Shown here in pieces: positions 51,698 through 62,352 of a stretch of 64,000 nucleotides of DNA. The translations under genes were made by a program, and so were the position numbers. This stretch comes from Promethearchaeota archaeon Loki_b32. Lineage in GTDB: Archaea; Asgardarchaeota; Lokiarchaeia; Sigyniarchaeales; SOKP01. The notes below the pieces were generated by a model that saw only the letters and a program-made list of their open reading frames with translations, was not told where the DNA came from and did no database searches. Positions within the stretch are counted from its first letter, which is position 1; each line of letters opens with the position of its first letter. The DNA lies in NCBI GenBank assembly GCA_005223125.1, contig NJBH01000002.1, positions 1 through 64,000 on the forward strand, read 5' to 3'.

Positions 51698-53347
51698 TTG
51701 ATTATATATCTATCTGTGATAAATACAGAAATAGAAACTAATATGGATAGAAAATCTATCGAAACTTCATGTAAATTGCCAAATATTGAGAATGCCTTCA
51801 ATGAACTATTGGAAACAAAAATATTAAAAAATAAAGAAGGAAAAGTCGATATATATGAGTTTTCATTCCCTCAAATTCAAGTAGTGTTAGAAACACAGAC
51901 TGATGAATCATCCCATAAATATGCGCTTCAATATTATGAAGCAAAAGCTAAAAAATCAAAAGGTACTCTTCAAGATGATATTGAGGTTCTTTTTCATAAA
52001 GCAAAATTAAATCCAACTGAAGAATTGGTTAATGAATTTCTTACTATAGCTAATACCATAGATCAATTTGATTTTAGCCATAGAAGATTAATTGACATTG
52101 GGGAACAATTAATTGTACTTGAAGATAAATATAAAGCACCCATTCTGTTTGTTCTTGGAAATATTTTGTCTATTATAGGAACTCCCGAGGTTGCAGAGAA
52201 AATTTACATTAATGCCGTAGAAATATTCAAAAAGTTAGCTAAAAAATATTATAGAATATATCTTCCCTATGTTGCTGCGATTCAAAAAAACCTTGGAACA
52301 TTATATATTGATTTAAAACGGTTTGAAGAGGCAGAAAAAATATATAATGATGCACTGGGGTCATATAGAGAATTACAAAGTCAGTATTATGATGTACATT
52401 CACCTGATTTTGATTTAAAAGAGTATAATGTTATAGAAAAGTCCTATATTGATGATATAAAGGAATATAAAAAGTTGCTAAAAAAACATTACGACGTATA
52501 TTTACCCGAAGAACCTTCAGTAGTAAGTGATTTTGGAAATATATGTGTTGATTTAGACTTATTAGAGGATATTCAGGATGGGTCAATAGATTCTTTAGAC
52601 AATTATAAAAAGTTAGCGAAAATGTGTTATGATATGTATTTAGTTGACATTGCTAAAACTCAGAGTAATCTTGGAATTATATATAGTGAGTTAATGAAAT
52701 TTGAAGAAGCGGAGAAGATGCATCTTGAGGCATTAAAAATTAAAAAAAAAATTGCGGAAAATTTCCCTGATCAGGTTTTACCAGAATTAGTTCTAACATT
52801 ATTAGATCTTGGTGACTTATATGCTAGCTTAAACAGATTTGAGGAGGCAGAACCAATGTTTAATGAAGCATTAAGAATCTCAAAAAGATTAGTTGAAAAG
52901 AATCCAGAAGTATACATGTATAATATGGCAATTTTACAAAATTCACTTGGTTTAATTTACACTCAATTACAGAATTATGAGTTGGCGGAACAAATATATC
53001 TTGACGCACTTAAAATCTTTAAAAATTACGCAAAAGAAGATCCTAAAACCTATTCATTTAACGTTGGGAATGTTCAGAACAACCTTGGTAATTTATATCT
53101 CATTATAAGAAATCTTGAAAAAGCTCAACGCTATCTTAATAAGGCATTTAAGAATGATCCAACAAATATTGAAATAATATATAATATTGCTTGCCTTGAA
53201 TCGTTAAAAAATAATCAAGTAAAGGCTTTAGAGTTATTAACGAAAGTAATAGAGCTTGATAAAAGATATCTTGAAAGAGCAATGATGGATGATAGATTTG
53301 ATGATATTCGAGACTTAAACGAATTTAAGGAATTAATCAGTGATTAA
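51698..53347 (+). CDS. TPR protein; the frame is open upstream to 51485
   Basis: Repeated NLG..Y....F.EAE..Y..AL motifs; C-terminal YNIAC...D.RFD.IR. Confidence 0.88.
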   Translation: MIIYLSVINTEIETNMDRKSIETSCKLPNIENAFNELLETKILKNKEGKVDIYEFSFPQIQVVLETQTDESSHKYALQYYEAKAKKSKGTLQDDIEVLFHKAKLNPTEELVNEFLTIANTIDQFDFSHRRLIDIGEQLIVLEDKYKAPILFVLGNILSIIGTPEVAEKIYINAVEIFKKLAKKYYRIYLPYVAAIQKNLGTLYIDLKRFEEAEKIYNDALGSYRELQSQYYDVHSPDFDLKEYNVIEKSYIDDIKEYKKLLKKHYDVYLPEEPSVVSDFGNICVDLDLLEDIQDGSIDSLDNYKKLAKMCYDMYLVDIAKTQSNLGIIYSELMKFEEAEKMHLEALKIKKKIAENFPDQVLPELVLTLLDLGDLYASLNRFEEAEPMFNEALRISKRLVEKNPEVYMYNMAILQNSLGLIYTQLQNYELAEQIYLDALKIFKNYAKEDPKTYSFNVGNVQNNLGNLYLIIRNLEKAQRYLNKAFKNDPTNIEIIYNIACLESLKNNQVKALELLTKVIELDKRYLERAMMDDRFDDIRDLNEFKELISD

Positions 53348-53463
53348 CATTTCTAATAAATTAAAATCATATCCAATCGATTTAAAATTTAAATAAAAAG
53401 TTAAATTACAGTTACCATCCAAAAAAGATAAAATCTCATAATTAAAATAATAGGTATTGAAAA

Positions 53464-53691
53464 TTGAAAAAGAAAAATATAGGATTTATATTGTTTGGAG
53501 CCGCAGGAGGAGAACTTTTATCAATATTTGCATCTCTTTTTATGTTTCCAAGGTATTATGAACAGATTGGAATGCCAACATCGGTGTCGAGAATTGCGAT
53601 CATTTCTATACTAACAGTTAGCATAGTAGTTAGTATTGTTCTTGTTTGTGCAGGGGTAATTGTATTAATAAAATTCCGTAAAGAAGATTAA
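53464..53691 (+). CDS. Small two-TM membrane protein
   Basis: Two hydrophobic segments; AGGT upstream of TTG. Confidence 0.6.
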   Translation: MKKKNIGFILFGAAGGELLSIFASLFMFPRYYEQIGMPTSVSRIAIISILTVSIVVSIVLVCAGVIVLIKFRKED

Positions 53692-53784
53692 GAAAAAGAA
53701 AGTAATTATGAGACATCATTCAGACACAAATGTATAAAAATTAACTTATCATTAATATACATGCAATAAAATTGAGGTGATAAT

Positions 53785-54219
53785 ATGCCAAGAGTTGAAA
53801 TTGAAGATGATATGAACGCATCAGCAAAGACTATTTATGATATTTTAATCAATGGTGATGAATATGAAGTCAAATGGAACTTAACTGCAAATGAATTAAA
53901 ATCAATTGGACCAAAAAAATGGGAAGTTAAAAGTACAATAGGAGATCTCATATCTACACGTGTAGAAGAGGTTGAAAATGAAAGAGTTTCATTAGATATA
54001 GAAGGATCTATCTTTACTAAAATGGGATATATATTAAAACAAAAGGGCGATATTTGTCACGTTGTAGGATGGGGAGAATTTGAACATGAAAAGAACAGGA
54101 AAATTTTAATATCCGCAGGAGGTATGCTCCTAGATAGTCTAAAGAGATTTGCTGAATTTATGGAAGAAGGTGGAGATCCAGAAAATTTCGATAAAAAAGC
54201 ATTAACTGTAACTCCTTAA
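53785..54219 (+). CDS. SRPBCC/START-like protein
   Basis: ASAKTIYDIL, W, C-terminal LDSLKRFAE; GAGGTGA SD. Confidence 0.7.
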   Translation: MPRVEIEDDMNASAKTIYDILINGDEYEVKWNLTANELKSIGPKKWEVKSTIGDLISTRVEEVENERVSLDIEGSIFTKMGYILKQKGDICHVVGWGEFEHEKNRKILISAGGMLLDSLKRFAEFMEEGGDPENFDKKALTVTP

Positions 54220-54312
54220 ATCTTTTTTTTATATTTTTATTCCTCTTAATAATAAAGAATAATAGTACAATTTAGAAATTTCATAAAAGTTAAGAATTGA
54301 AATTAAAAGAAG

Positions 54313-56460
54313 TCATTTTAACTCTAATTTGTTTTCACAATAGGGACAATGAAGTGGTAATTCCTCATCGCATGTTTCCAATTCTTCATTACTTAGAATA
54401 TTCTTCCAACAGATTAGTTTATCTCCTTTTTGAACCATATCTCTACCATGGTGTTGTGGAATAATGTCTTTAGTTTGACAATTATCACATATAATAATTA
54501 TAGCTTCGCTTTCTATCTTTTCTGTAGAAATCTCTTTATATAGGAATCTGTATCGGAAAATTGTAAGACTATTTATCAGAATTGCGAGAGATAAACCCAT
54601 GTCACCTATTCCTACCGCGAGCCAGAGAGTCATAAAACCAATAACCGTCAATATAGCAAATGATACTTTCACTAAAATTGAAGTCCAGATATTCTGTTTG
54701 ATTTTTGTATTTGTTTTTTTAGCGATATCAACATAAGTAAGTATCTTCTTCAGGTCGTCACCAATAACGATAATGTCAGCAGTTTCTAATGTAATATCTG
54801 TAGCTGAGGCTCCAATTGCAATTCCCAAATCAGCTAAGGCTAAGGCAGGAGCATCATTTATACCATCACCAACCATAGCCACTCCCTTATATTTTTGCTT
54901 TAAATTCTTTATTTCTTGTAGTTTTTGATCTGGTAAATGTTCACCATATGCTTTGTCTATATCTAAACAGGCTCCAATTGAATTACATACCATTTGATTG
55001 TCACCAGAAATTAGTAATGTTTCATATCCTCTCCTTTTTAAACCATTTATGAGAATGGGGGCAGTCACTCTTAAAACGTCCCTAATTGAGATGATCCCTA
55101 ATAAACGGTGTTGATTTCCAAGTAAGATAGGTATTGTTCCAGAAGATTCAATATTTTGAATATCATCAATAGGAAGTTCATAGTTCAATTCTTTCATAAA
55201 ATTATAGCTTCCAACATAGAATATTTCTCCATTTATCTTGCCTTTTATACCTTTTCCTTTTATAACTTCAAAATCGTCTACTGGTTGAAAAACTAATTTC
55301 ATTTCTTTCGCTTGGTTTACTATTGCTTTACCAATGGGATGTTCCGAAAGAGATTCTAAACTCGCAGCAATATTTATAATACCCTGTTTATTAGCATCAT
55401 TATAAGAGAAAATATCAAATATTTTTAATTTTCCTTCAGTAAGAGTACCTGTCTTATCAAATGCAAAAGCCTCAATATCTTGTATCTTTTCAATAAACTT
55501 ATTCCCCTTAACTAATATACCTTCTCTTGCTAGTTTTGTTAGAGAGGCGATATTTGCTAACGGTGTAGATAGGGTTAAAGCACATGGGCAGGAAACGACT
55601 AATAGAATTAAACCACGATAAAACCAATCAACAAATTTTAAACCAAATAAAGGAGGGATTGTCATTATTAAAATTGAAGATAACAAGATAATTGGTGTGT
55701 AGTATTTAGCAAATTTTTCAATAAATTTTTCATGTTCACTTTTATTTTGTTGGGCAATTTTCACACTTTCAGCAATTTGAGCGACAATGGTATTAGTGCT
55801 TACTCTTGTGACTTCAATATCTATGAAACTATCCGAATTTAAGCTAGCAGCAAATACCTCATCACCTTCATTTTTGAAAACTGGAACAGATTCACCTGTG
55901 ATTGCACTTTCATCTAAATAGGAACTTCCCTTTATGATGATACCATCTAGTGGCACTTTCATCCCAGGCTTTATTCCAACAGTTTCACCTATTCTTACAT
56001 CTTTTGATGGAATACTCTTGTATCCATTTTTAGTTTTTAATAATGCATCATCTGGAGCAAGTTCAAGTAATTCTTTAATAGCATTTCTTGATTTGTCAGT
56101 GGTTATCTCTTCTAATCTTTCTGCTATTGCATATAATAATAAAGCTGTTGCTCCCTCTTGTCCATGAAATATGAAAAATGAAGCAATACCAGCTATTAAC
56201 ATCAATAAATTAGCGGTAATCTTTTTTTCGCTTATATCTTCTATAGCCTCTTTAACGACTCCAGAACTAGAAAGAAATATTGACGCTATTGCAAGGATCT
56301 GAGCAATTAACACATTTTCAAAAACAAATTCTAAAAGCATTGATATCCCGAGTAAAATCGCTGCTGGAATAATAAAATACCAAAAATTCTCTTCAAAAAA
56401 TGATTCTTGTTCAAATTCTTCTTCTTCACAAATAGATGATGAACATGCGATTGTAGTAAT
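54313..56460 (-). CDS. Heavy-metal P1B-type ATPase (ZntA/CadA-like). The track start is 56340; the frame extends to ATT at 56460.
   Basis: TGES, SCPC, DKTGT, SEHP, GDGINDAP, Lys and DxG in the last TMs; Cys/His-rich C-terminus. Confidence 0.9.
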   Translation of the reverse strand: MTTIACSSSICEEEEFEQESFFEENFWYFIIPAAILLGISMLLEFVFENVLIAQILAIASIFLSSSGVVKEAIEDISEKKITANLLMLIAGIASFFIFHGQEGATALLLYAIAERLEEITTDKSRNAIKELLELAPDDALLKTKNGYKSIPSKDVRIGETVGIKPGMKVPLDGIIIKGSSYLDESAITGESVPVFKNEGDEVFAASLNSDSFIDIEVTRVSTNTIVAQIAESVKIAQQNKSEHEKFIEKFAKYYTPIILLSSILIMTIPPLFGLKFVDWFYRGLILLVVSCPCALTLSTPLANIASLTKLAREGILVKGNKFIEKIQDIEAFAFDKTGTLTEGKLKIFDIFSYNDANKQGIINIAASLESLSEHPIGKAIVNQAKEMKLVFQPVDDFEVIKGKGIKGKINGEIFYVGSYNFMKELNYELPIDDIQNIESSGTIPILLGNQHRLLGIISIRDVLRVTAPILINGLKRRGYETLLISGDNQMVCNSIGACLDIDKAYGEHLPDQKLQEIKNLKQKYKGVAMVGDGINDAPALALADLGIAIGASATDITLETADIIVIGDDLKKILTYVDIAKKTNTKIKQNIWTSILVKVSFAILTVIGFMTLWLAVGIGDMGLSLAILINSLTIFRYRFLYKEISTEKIESEAIIIICDNCQTKDIIPQHHGRDMVQKGDKLICWKNILSNEELETCDEELPLHCPYCENKLELK

Positions 56461-56641
56461 AATTTCTCACCTATGTAATAATTGGATATAATTCAATTAG
56501 AATTTACCATTTATAGAGTATAAAAGAATAAATCTCTTTATGAACTCTATTAATGATTTTTCTATAATATTTTTATTTTATATAAAAAGTTATTAAATTA
56601 AAAAAATTACGCGCTAATTCCTCAATGTTATAGTAAAAATT

Positions 56642-57535
56642 TTATTTTATAACATAAACAAGCTTTTGACCTTCTTGTTCTTCAAGGTTTAATTCTCGTC
56701 TGATAGCATTTCGGATTAAATACCCTCCAATATGAAGTATTGAATCCTTTAGAATGGAATCTTGGTCCATTGAAGCGTTGCAGGGATAAGCATGATGTGC
56801 CTTACTTATCCTTTCATTCAAAGAAAGGTCTCCACTTTTTCCATTTTTAAAATATTTAGCTTTTAATTGTTGACAAACATAATAGGAGCTTCCACAGGGG
56901 GCTGTTTGCAACACACAGGTGTCTTCAATTGATTCTCCATCTTTGCTTAATAAGAAAAAGACAATAGGTACTCCTACTTTAAAATAATCAATGAATTCAT
57001 AAACAAAATTATGTTCTTTAGTTAAATGAAAACCGATTTTATTGTATTCGTCTTGTTCTTTACTTAGTGAACAAAAAGGTTTAGGAAAAGCTGCTTGTAT
57101 ACCAAATTTCTCGAATTCTTCTAATACTTGAACTTGAAGCCCAGCAGGCACCCATTTAGGATCCTCTATTGGAACGATTACAGCCTTAACTTCTTTATCA
57201 TTCAAATAAGATGGAAGCCCAGAGAGTAAATCTTGGTGAATTCCTACAACCAATACAAAGTCAACTGGAGGGAGATTTTTAGGCAAGTAATCTTCTGGTT
57301 CTTCAATAAACTCAGGAACATTTTCTCCTACTTTTTCATAATAATAGATTGAATTTGCATGACTTTTCATATACTCACGACATTTATCACATTTTACATT
57401 TTGTTCTAAATCTTCGCAAGCTTTACAGAATTCCTCATTATTAATGAGATTGCCAACAAATTTTTGAGTTAACATCTCTGTCTCTGGGCCAATACCATAG
57501 AACACTCCTAATTTATAAGTTTTCTCAATCATCAT
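56642..57535 (-). CDS. DUF166-family protein
   Basis: FIEEPEDYLP, HQDL, PKPFCSL, APCGS, YPCNASM...SILH. Confidence 0.75.
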   Translation of the reverse strand: MMIEKTYKLGVFYGIGPETEMLTQKFVGNLINNEEFCKACEDLEQNVKCDKCREYMKSHANSIYYYEKVGENVPEFIEEPEDYLPKNLPPVDFVLVVGIHQDLLSGLPSYLNDKEVKAVIVPIEDPKWVPAGLQVQVLEEFEKFGIQAAFPKPFCSLSKEQDEYNKIGFHLTKEHNFVYEFIDYFKVGVPIVFFLLSKDGESIEDTCVLQTAPCGSSYYVCQQLKAKYFKNGKSGDLSLNERISKAHHAYPCNASMDQDSILKDSILHIGGYLIRNAIRRELNLEEQEGQKLVYVIK

Positions 57536-57631
57536 TAAAATGAAATAAATATTTGATTTTATTTGTATTTTTAATACTTTATAAAAAATATATTACTTTG
57601 GCTGAACATGTTCAATTTCGATTAACTCTAG

Positions 57632-57952
57632 GTTAAAATCAAGTTTACGAAATTAGCAGTCGATCCAATCAAAATTCCTGATCCTGCTCCAGATTTCTTC
57701 ACATCATTAGAAAAACTGAACCAAAAAGGAAAACATAAGAGAGATAAAAGTTATATAAAAATTTTATTACCTCTTGCAAAAATGACTAAAGATGATGTAG
57801 TAAAATTAGGGAAAAATTTGAATGTCCCTTTTAAATGGACTTGGAGCTGCTCCAGTGATGGAAAACAGCCTTGTGGCAAATATTCTTCCTGTCGAAAAAG
57901 AGATGAAGCTTTTATTAATCTCAGCTATACCCAACCAAACTTTTCTTTGTAA
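57632..57952 (+). pseudogene. queC: 3' remnant of 7-cyano-7-deazaguanine synthase
   Basis: PD..PDFF, PL..MTKDDVVKLG, TWSC...PCGKYSSC..R..AF; N-terminal half absent, upstream stops, one Zn-ligand Cys replaced by Tyr. Confidence 0.75.
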
Positions 57953-58062
57953 TGAATCTATCTTTGATATTACATTTTTTTATTTTAATGAGGAAAGTTA
58001 TTAAAATCAAAAATAATATCTTATACATAAAATTCTCAAAAATCAAAAAACAATAAAATCAA

Positions 58063-58719
58063 ATGATTGAGACTGATGATTTAGCAGTAAAGGGAGATTA
58101 TCATGACATCCTCGTGGTATGTCCCACCTGTAAAGCTAAAAAGGAATTAAAGATCCCTATTAAAATTATTAATCAAGCGAAACAATTAACAACTGTTTCT
58201 ATTCCTGCGGGAGCAGTATGTGAACATAGTTTTCAAACTTTTGTAGACAAAAATTTTATTGTTCGTGGCTACCAAATAGTTGATTTTGAATTCTCTCATA
58301 TGGAATTTTATGAAAGTAGTGATACTGAATTAGGAGAAACTGATGATCCTACTTCTAAACTTAGCTCACAGCAGTTATTTCAAGATATTATAAGTTTATT
58401 ACGTGGTTATGTAGATGATAAAGAAATCCTCGGTAGTGGGATGTTTACTGTGGATGGACACGTATTATATTCATCTCTTCCAAGCAATACATTATTTTCA
58501 ATAATAAAAGAGTTTGAAGTTCGTAGTGAGAAGAAATTAAGTAGTTTAAAGAAAATGTACTTAGAATTAGAAAATGATCAAAAAATATGCTCTAATTATA
58601 TTGAAATACAAGAAATGAGGTTCGCTCTTGTTTTATTTTTCTCTCAAACTGTTAAATTGGGAATGGGAAATCTCTATTTAAACGATTTAGTGAAGAAAAT
58701 TAGGAAGTTGGAAAACTAG
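58063..58719 (+). CDS. Zn-binding N-domain plus roadblock-like C-domain protein
   Basis: CPTC...CEH..FVDKNF.VRGYQ; C-terminal GMFTVDGHVLYS...KLGM. Confidence 0.7.
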   Translation: MIETDDLAVKGDYHDILVVCPTCKAKKELKIPIKIINQAKQLTTVSIPAGAVCEHSFQTFVDKNFIVRGYQIVDFEFSHMEFYESSDTELGETDDPTSKLSSQQLFQDIISLLRGYVDDKEILGSGMFTVDGHVLYSSLPSNTLFSIIKEFEVRSEKKLSSLKKMYLELENDQKICSNYIEIQEMRFALVLFFSQTVKLGMGNLYLNDLVKKIRKLEN

Positions 58720-58878
58720 ACTATTTTTTATATGAGGTACTTCCTTTGTAGTTGTCATCTATTCTATTTAGAAATTCTATTTTGATAGATTCCTCAGATA
58801 AGTATTGATAAATAGTTATAAATAGGGCTATAATTATGTGATTTATAAGAGTACAAATTTGAACATTGAATTCTAGAA

Positions 58879-59715
58879 ATGGATCTGCAGAAAATAAGAA
58901 GTAGAATGATCAGAGACTTAAAAGAACAAATTCCAGAAATTCATGATGATAATATTAAAATTACGGAATTACCTGGTAAGAAAAACTCTGTAATTAATGT
59001 AGTGTTTGATAAAAAACCTTCTAAATTACCAAAAGAAGTAGTAATTAAAATTTTTCGAACGAATAATGTTGTTCCTGAAATAAATATCTTAAACAGATTA
59101 AAAAACCAAAATTTTCATGTTCCAAGTATTTTATTTTTTCAAAATCCTTATTTGATCCTTGAAAAAGTGAAAGGTACAAACTTATGCGATTTTATAAATG
59201 AGAAATTAAAAGGTACTCAACAATTAGATGATTTAGATCCAGAGTTAAAAAGACAGATTATCCAGAGTATAGAAAGACTTGCTGAATATCTTGCTCAAGT
59301 ACATGAAAAGAATTTTGTTCGTAAAAGATATAAGGTAAAAAAGAAATATGTGCTGTGTAAAGGTGACACTAGACTTAAAGATTTCATTTATGATTCTGTA
59401 AATGATATATTATACGGCGTTGATTTTGAAGATGCATATGAAGGTAATCATATGGACGATCTCGCATGGATTTGTACTTCTCTTCTCGATACTGACCCAG
59501 GACTCTTTGAACTGGAGGAACCCAAACATAAAATAGACCTAATAAATATTTTTCTAAAAAAATATTATCGTTGTAATCCAAAATTTCCTTTTGATTTTAA
59601 CTACTTGGCAGAGAGAATAATAGAAAATGTAAATATAGTTATAGAAAGAAGAAATCTTCCATATGGCGTAGTTAGTAAAGATAAACTTATTAAGGATATA
59701 TCTAAAGAAATTTAG
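58879..59715 (+). CDS. Protein-kinase-like fold protein (APH/RIO/Bud32-like)
   Basis: VVIK, E, LEKVKG, KGDTRLKDF, VDFED, DLA. Confidence 0.8.
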   Translation: MDLQKIRSRMIRDLKEQIPEIHDDNIKITELPGKKNSVINVVFDKKPSKLPKEVVIKIFRTNNVVPEINILNRLKNQNFHVPSILFFQNPYLILEKVKGTNLCDFINEKLKGTQQLDDLDPELKRQIIQSIERLAEYLAQVHEKNFVRKRYKVKKKYVLCKGDTRLKDFIYDSVNDILYGVDFEDAYEGNHMDDLAWICTSLLDTDPGLFELEEPKHKIDLINIFLKKYYRCNPKFPFDFNYLAERIIENVNIVIERRNLPYGVVSKDKLIKDISKEI

Positions 59716-59809
59716 TCTTTATTTTTATTTTCAAAAAATCAAAATTTAATAATACTAACACTATTATTTTATAAAATTTTAATAAAACAATTTTAAATGT
59801 GAAATTAGT

Positions 59810-60556
59810 ATGAGCATTACTGATACGAAAAGTTCGCTCAAAAAAATACTCTCAATTATTGAAGAGCTAAATGGATTAAATTCAGATTCAATTCCAAAAT
59901 TACAAACTCAACCAACTAATTTGCTCGAACAAATTGGAAAATTTGAGGAAGTTAAGGCTAATGATCTAAGTAGTATTGAAGCTAACGATGATGAAATTAA
60001 TTCATTAAAAAACAAGATTTCTCAGAATCAACGAGATATTGCCTCATTAGAAGAAAGTAATTCAGAGCTAACAAGACAACGTCAAACACTTCTTGATAAG
60101 ATTCAGGATGCACAAAATGAACTAAGTGAAACTCAAGGAAAAATAATAGCGCGAAGAGAGGAATTAGCAACTCGTAGCAGTCGTCTAGACGAATTAGAAA
60201 ATCGACTTGTAGAACTAAAAGATATTCAAGAGAAATTTGATAATAAAATGAAAGAACTTGAAACTCAACTTCGAGGTGAATATAATAAAAAAGAGAAATT
60301 TAGTAATTCATACGCTATGCGAGCAGCAGCTATGAAATCTTTGATAAAAGCTGGCTATATACAATCTGCCCAATTAAAACTTATACAAGCATTGCAACCT
60401 AATACTACTCTTGAGCTAAGGGGCATTGTTCAAGGTTTGGGTTTAAGGGAAGATGTGGCAAAAAGTATACTAACAAAAATGGTTCAAAAAAATGGGCCAA
60501 TTGAATATGATGAAGCAACGGGAACAGTAACATTAAATGGGGAGGTTGATTTCTAA
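59810..60556 (+). CDS. Coiled-coil protein with C-terminal winged-helix-like domain
   Basis: About 170-aa heptads, then a helix-turn-helix and the IEYDEATGTVTL wing. Confidence 0.75.
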   Translation: MSITDTKSSLKKILSIIEELNGLNSDSIPKLQTQPTNLLEQIGKFEEVKANDLSSIEANDDEINSLKNKISQNQRDIASLEESNSELTRQRQTLLDKIQDAQNELSETQGKIIARREELATRSSRLDELENRLVELKDIQEKFDNKMKELETQLRGEYNKKEKFSNSYAMRAAAMKSLIKAGYIQSAQLKLIQALQPNTTLELRGIVQGLGLREDVAKSILTKMVQKNGPIEYDEATGTVTLNGEVDF

Positions 60557-61284
60557 TGGGGTCACAAGAAATTTTGGCATTAATTGAACAATTTGAGACT
60601 GCTTATGATACTTATTGGCAAGTTCTGCAAAAACATAACGAAGATGTTCTTTCTCAATTAAGAGAAGCATGGCGTTATATGCAAGCTGAACAAAAAGAAG
60701 AGGAAGGTATTAAAGAGAAATTATCTACTCAAAATTCAGAATTAACAGAATTAAGGACAAAGTCAGAAGAATTAGATAGAACCATGGAAGGATTAAAGGG
60801 AAAAAAAGATGAGTTAAATTCTAAAATTGCTGAATTAACAAATACATTAGAAACTAGTGTTAATGATTTAAAAAAGCCTGCATTTGAACTTACTCAACTT
60901 GAAGAAAAGCTTAGTGCTGTAAATGAAAAAATTACAGGCAAAGAAGGAGAAAAAACTGCACTGGATCAAAAAACAGTTGAGAACGAAAACCGAGAAGTAG
61001 AATTAAACAATACTTATCAGAAAAAAATAGATGAACTAGAAGGCAAAATTGATCAATTAAGACAAGCGAATTTCTTTACGTCCTTTTTAATTGAGAATTC
61101 AGACGAGGAAATTATAGAAGTAGATATCATTGCTACTATCATGGATAAGGGAGAGGCAAAATTAGATGACTTAAAGAAACTTCTTGATGTTCCACCAATA
61201 ATGGCAGTTAGAACTATTAAACAACTAGCAGTTAAGGGAATACTTAATCTCGACGAGAATAGCGGTAAGGTAACTTTACCCTAA
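60556..61284 (+). CDS. Coiled-coil protein with C-terminal winged-helix-like domain
   Basis: Heptads, then LDDLKKLLDVPPIMAVRTIKQLAVKGILNLDENSGKVTL; GGAGGT SD and TAATG overlap. Confidence 0.78.
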   Translation: MGSQEILALIEQFETAYDTYWQVLQKHNEDVLSQLREAWRYMQAEQKEEEGIKEKLSTQNSELTELRTKSEELDRTMEGLKGKKDELNSKIAELTNTLETSVNDLKKPAFELTQLEEKLSAVNEKITGKEGEKTALDQKTVENENREVELNNTYQKKIDELEGKIDQLRQANFFTSFLIENSDEEIIEVDIIATIMDKGEAKLDDLKKLLDVPPIMAVRTIKQLAVKGILNLDENSGKVTLP

Positions 61285-61414
61285 TTTGTTATTTTTTTAT
61301 TCTTTTTATTTTAATTTCCTTTTTTTCAACAGTAATCTTTTTTTTAAAATCATAATTAGTGAAAAAAAGAAGATTTTTTTTATTAGAATTTTGAAATAAA
61401 GAGGTAAATAAATA

Positions 61415-61909
61415 ATGGAAAAAGTTTTAGTCGTTTTCTATTCTCTCACGGGAAATACTAAATTGATTGCTGAAGCAATAGCAAACTCAATAAATTCAGA
61501 TGTTCTTGAGTTAAAACCTGTGAAAGAACTTAATGCTGAAGGAGGGTCAAAATATTTTTGGGGAGGTTATCAAGCAAAAATGAAAAAGAAACCCAAATTA
61601 AGAGAATTTGATATCAATCCCCTTGATTACGATTTAATTATTTTAGGAACTCCAGTTTGGGCGTGGACATATTCACCACCTATTCGTTCGTTTTTATCAA
61701 AATATGATCTTTCAGGAAAAAAGGTAGCCCTTTGGACATGTTCTGCGGGAGATGGAGTAAAAGCTATGAATCGATTCAAGGAAGCTCTAAAAAATACTAA
61801 TATCCTTGGTGAGATTCGTCTTCAAGAACCAAAGCAACATGGACTAGAAGCAAGTAAGGAAAAAGCAGCAGTATGGGCAAAAGAGATTATTCAAAATATA
61901 AAAAATTAA
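61415..61909 (+). CDS. Flavodoxin
   Basis: YSLTGNT, GTPVW. Confidence 0.9.
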   Translation: MEKVLVVFYSLTGNTKLIAEAIANSINSDVLELKPVKELNAEGGSKYFWGGYQAKMKKKPKLREFDINPLDYDLIILGTPVWAWTYSPPIRSFLSKYDLSGKKVALWTCSAGDGVKAMNRFKEALKNTNILGEIRLQEPKQHGLEASKEKAAVWAKEIIQNIKN

Positions 61910-62328
61910 GGAATGTGATATAAAATGGGACAACACAATAAATTATTCAAATTTAGAAAACTGTTGATGTTTTTATGGATTATTTCCCGTCCATGATGTT
62001 AACCAGTTTTGGCAAAAAGTAGTGATGTCTTTCATTTCCATATAAATTACCATCGATTCACATAATAATAGATAACTAATTTAAAATATCATTATTAAAA
62101 TATATAGTATATTAATGCTAAGATTCTATCTTTAATTGAAATTTTTCCAAAACTCATTGAAACTTGAATTGGAGTTCTCCAAACAGGTATTTTGGAGGTT
62201 TTGGAAATAATATTGTATCTATATTAGTAGAGAGAATTTGGGACTTGCCAGCACTGTAATTTAAGACTTCCCTTTTATTTTTAGTTGACCTGTAAAACAA
62301 ATCTAAATGGTAGGAAAACAGTAATTCT

Positions 62329-62352
62329 CGTTATGTATCATGAGTAATAACG
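62329..62352. promoter_or_regulatory. ModE-like operator upstream of tupA
   Basis: CGTTAT-N12-ATAACG inverted repeat, followed by TATA-like TTATAT, about 60 nt before tupA. Confidence 0.65.

Noticed and set aside
57822-58004. 60-aa ORF
   Set aside because: Off-frame shadow of the queC remnant.
61950-62290. Possible remnants (minus strand MEMKDITTFCQNWLTSWTGNNP, SnoaL-like; plus strand CQHC) or a Moco/W riboswitch
   Set aside because: Fragments are too short and interrupted; no convincing riboswitch structure seen.
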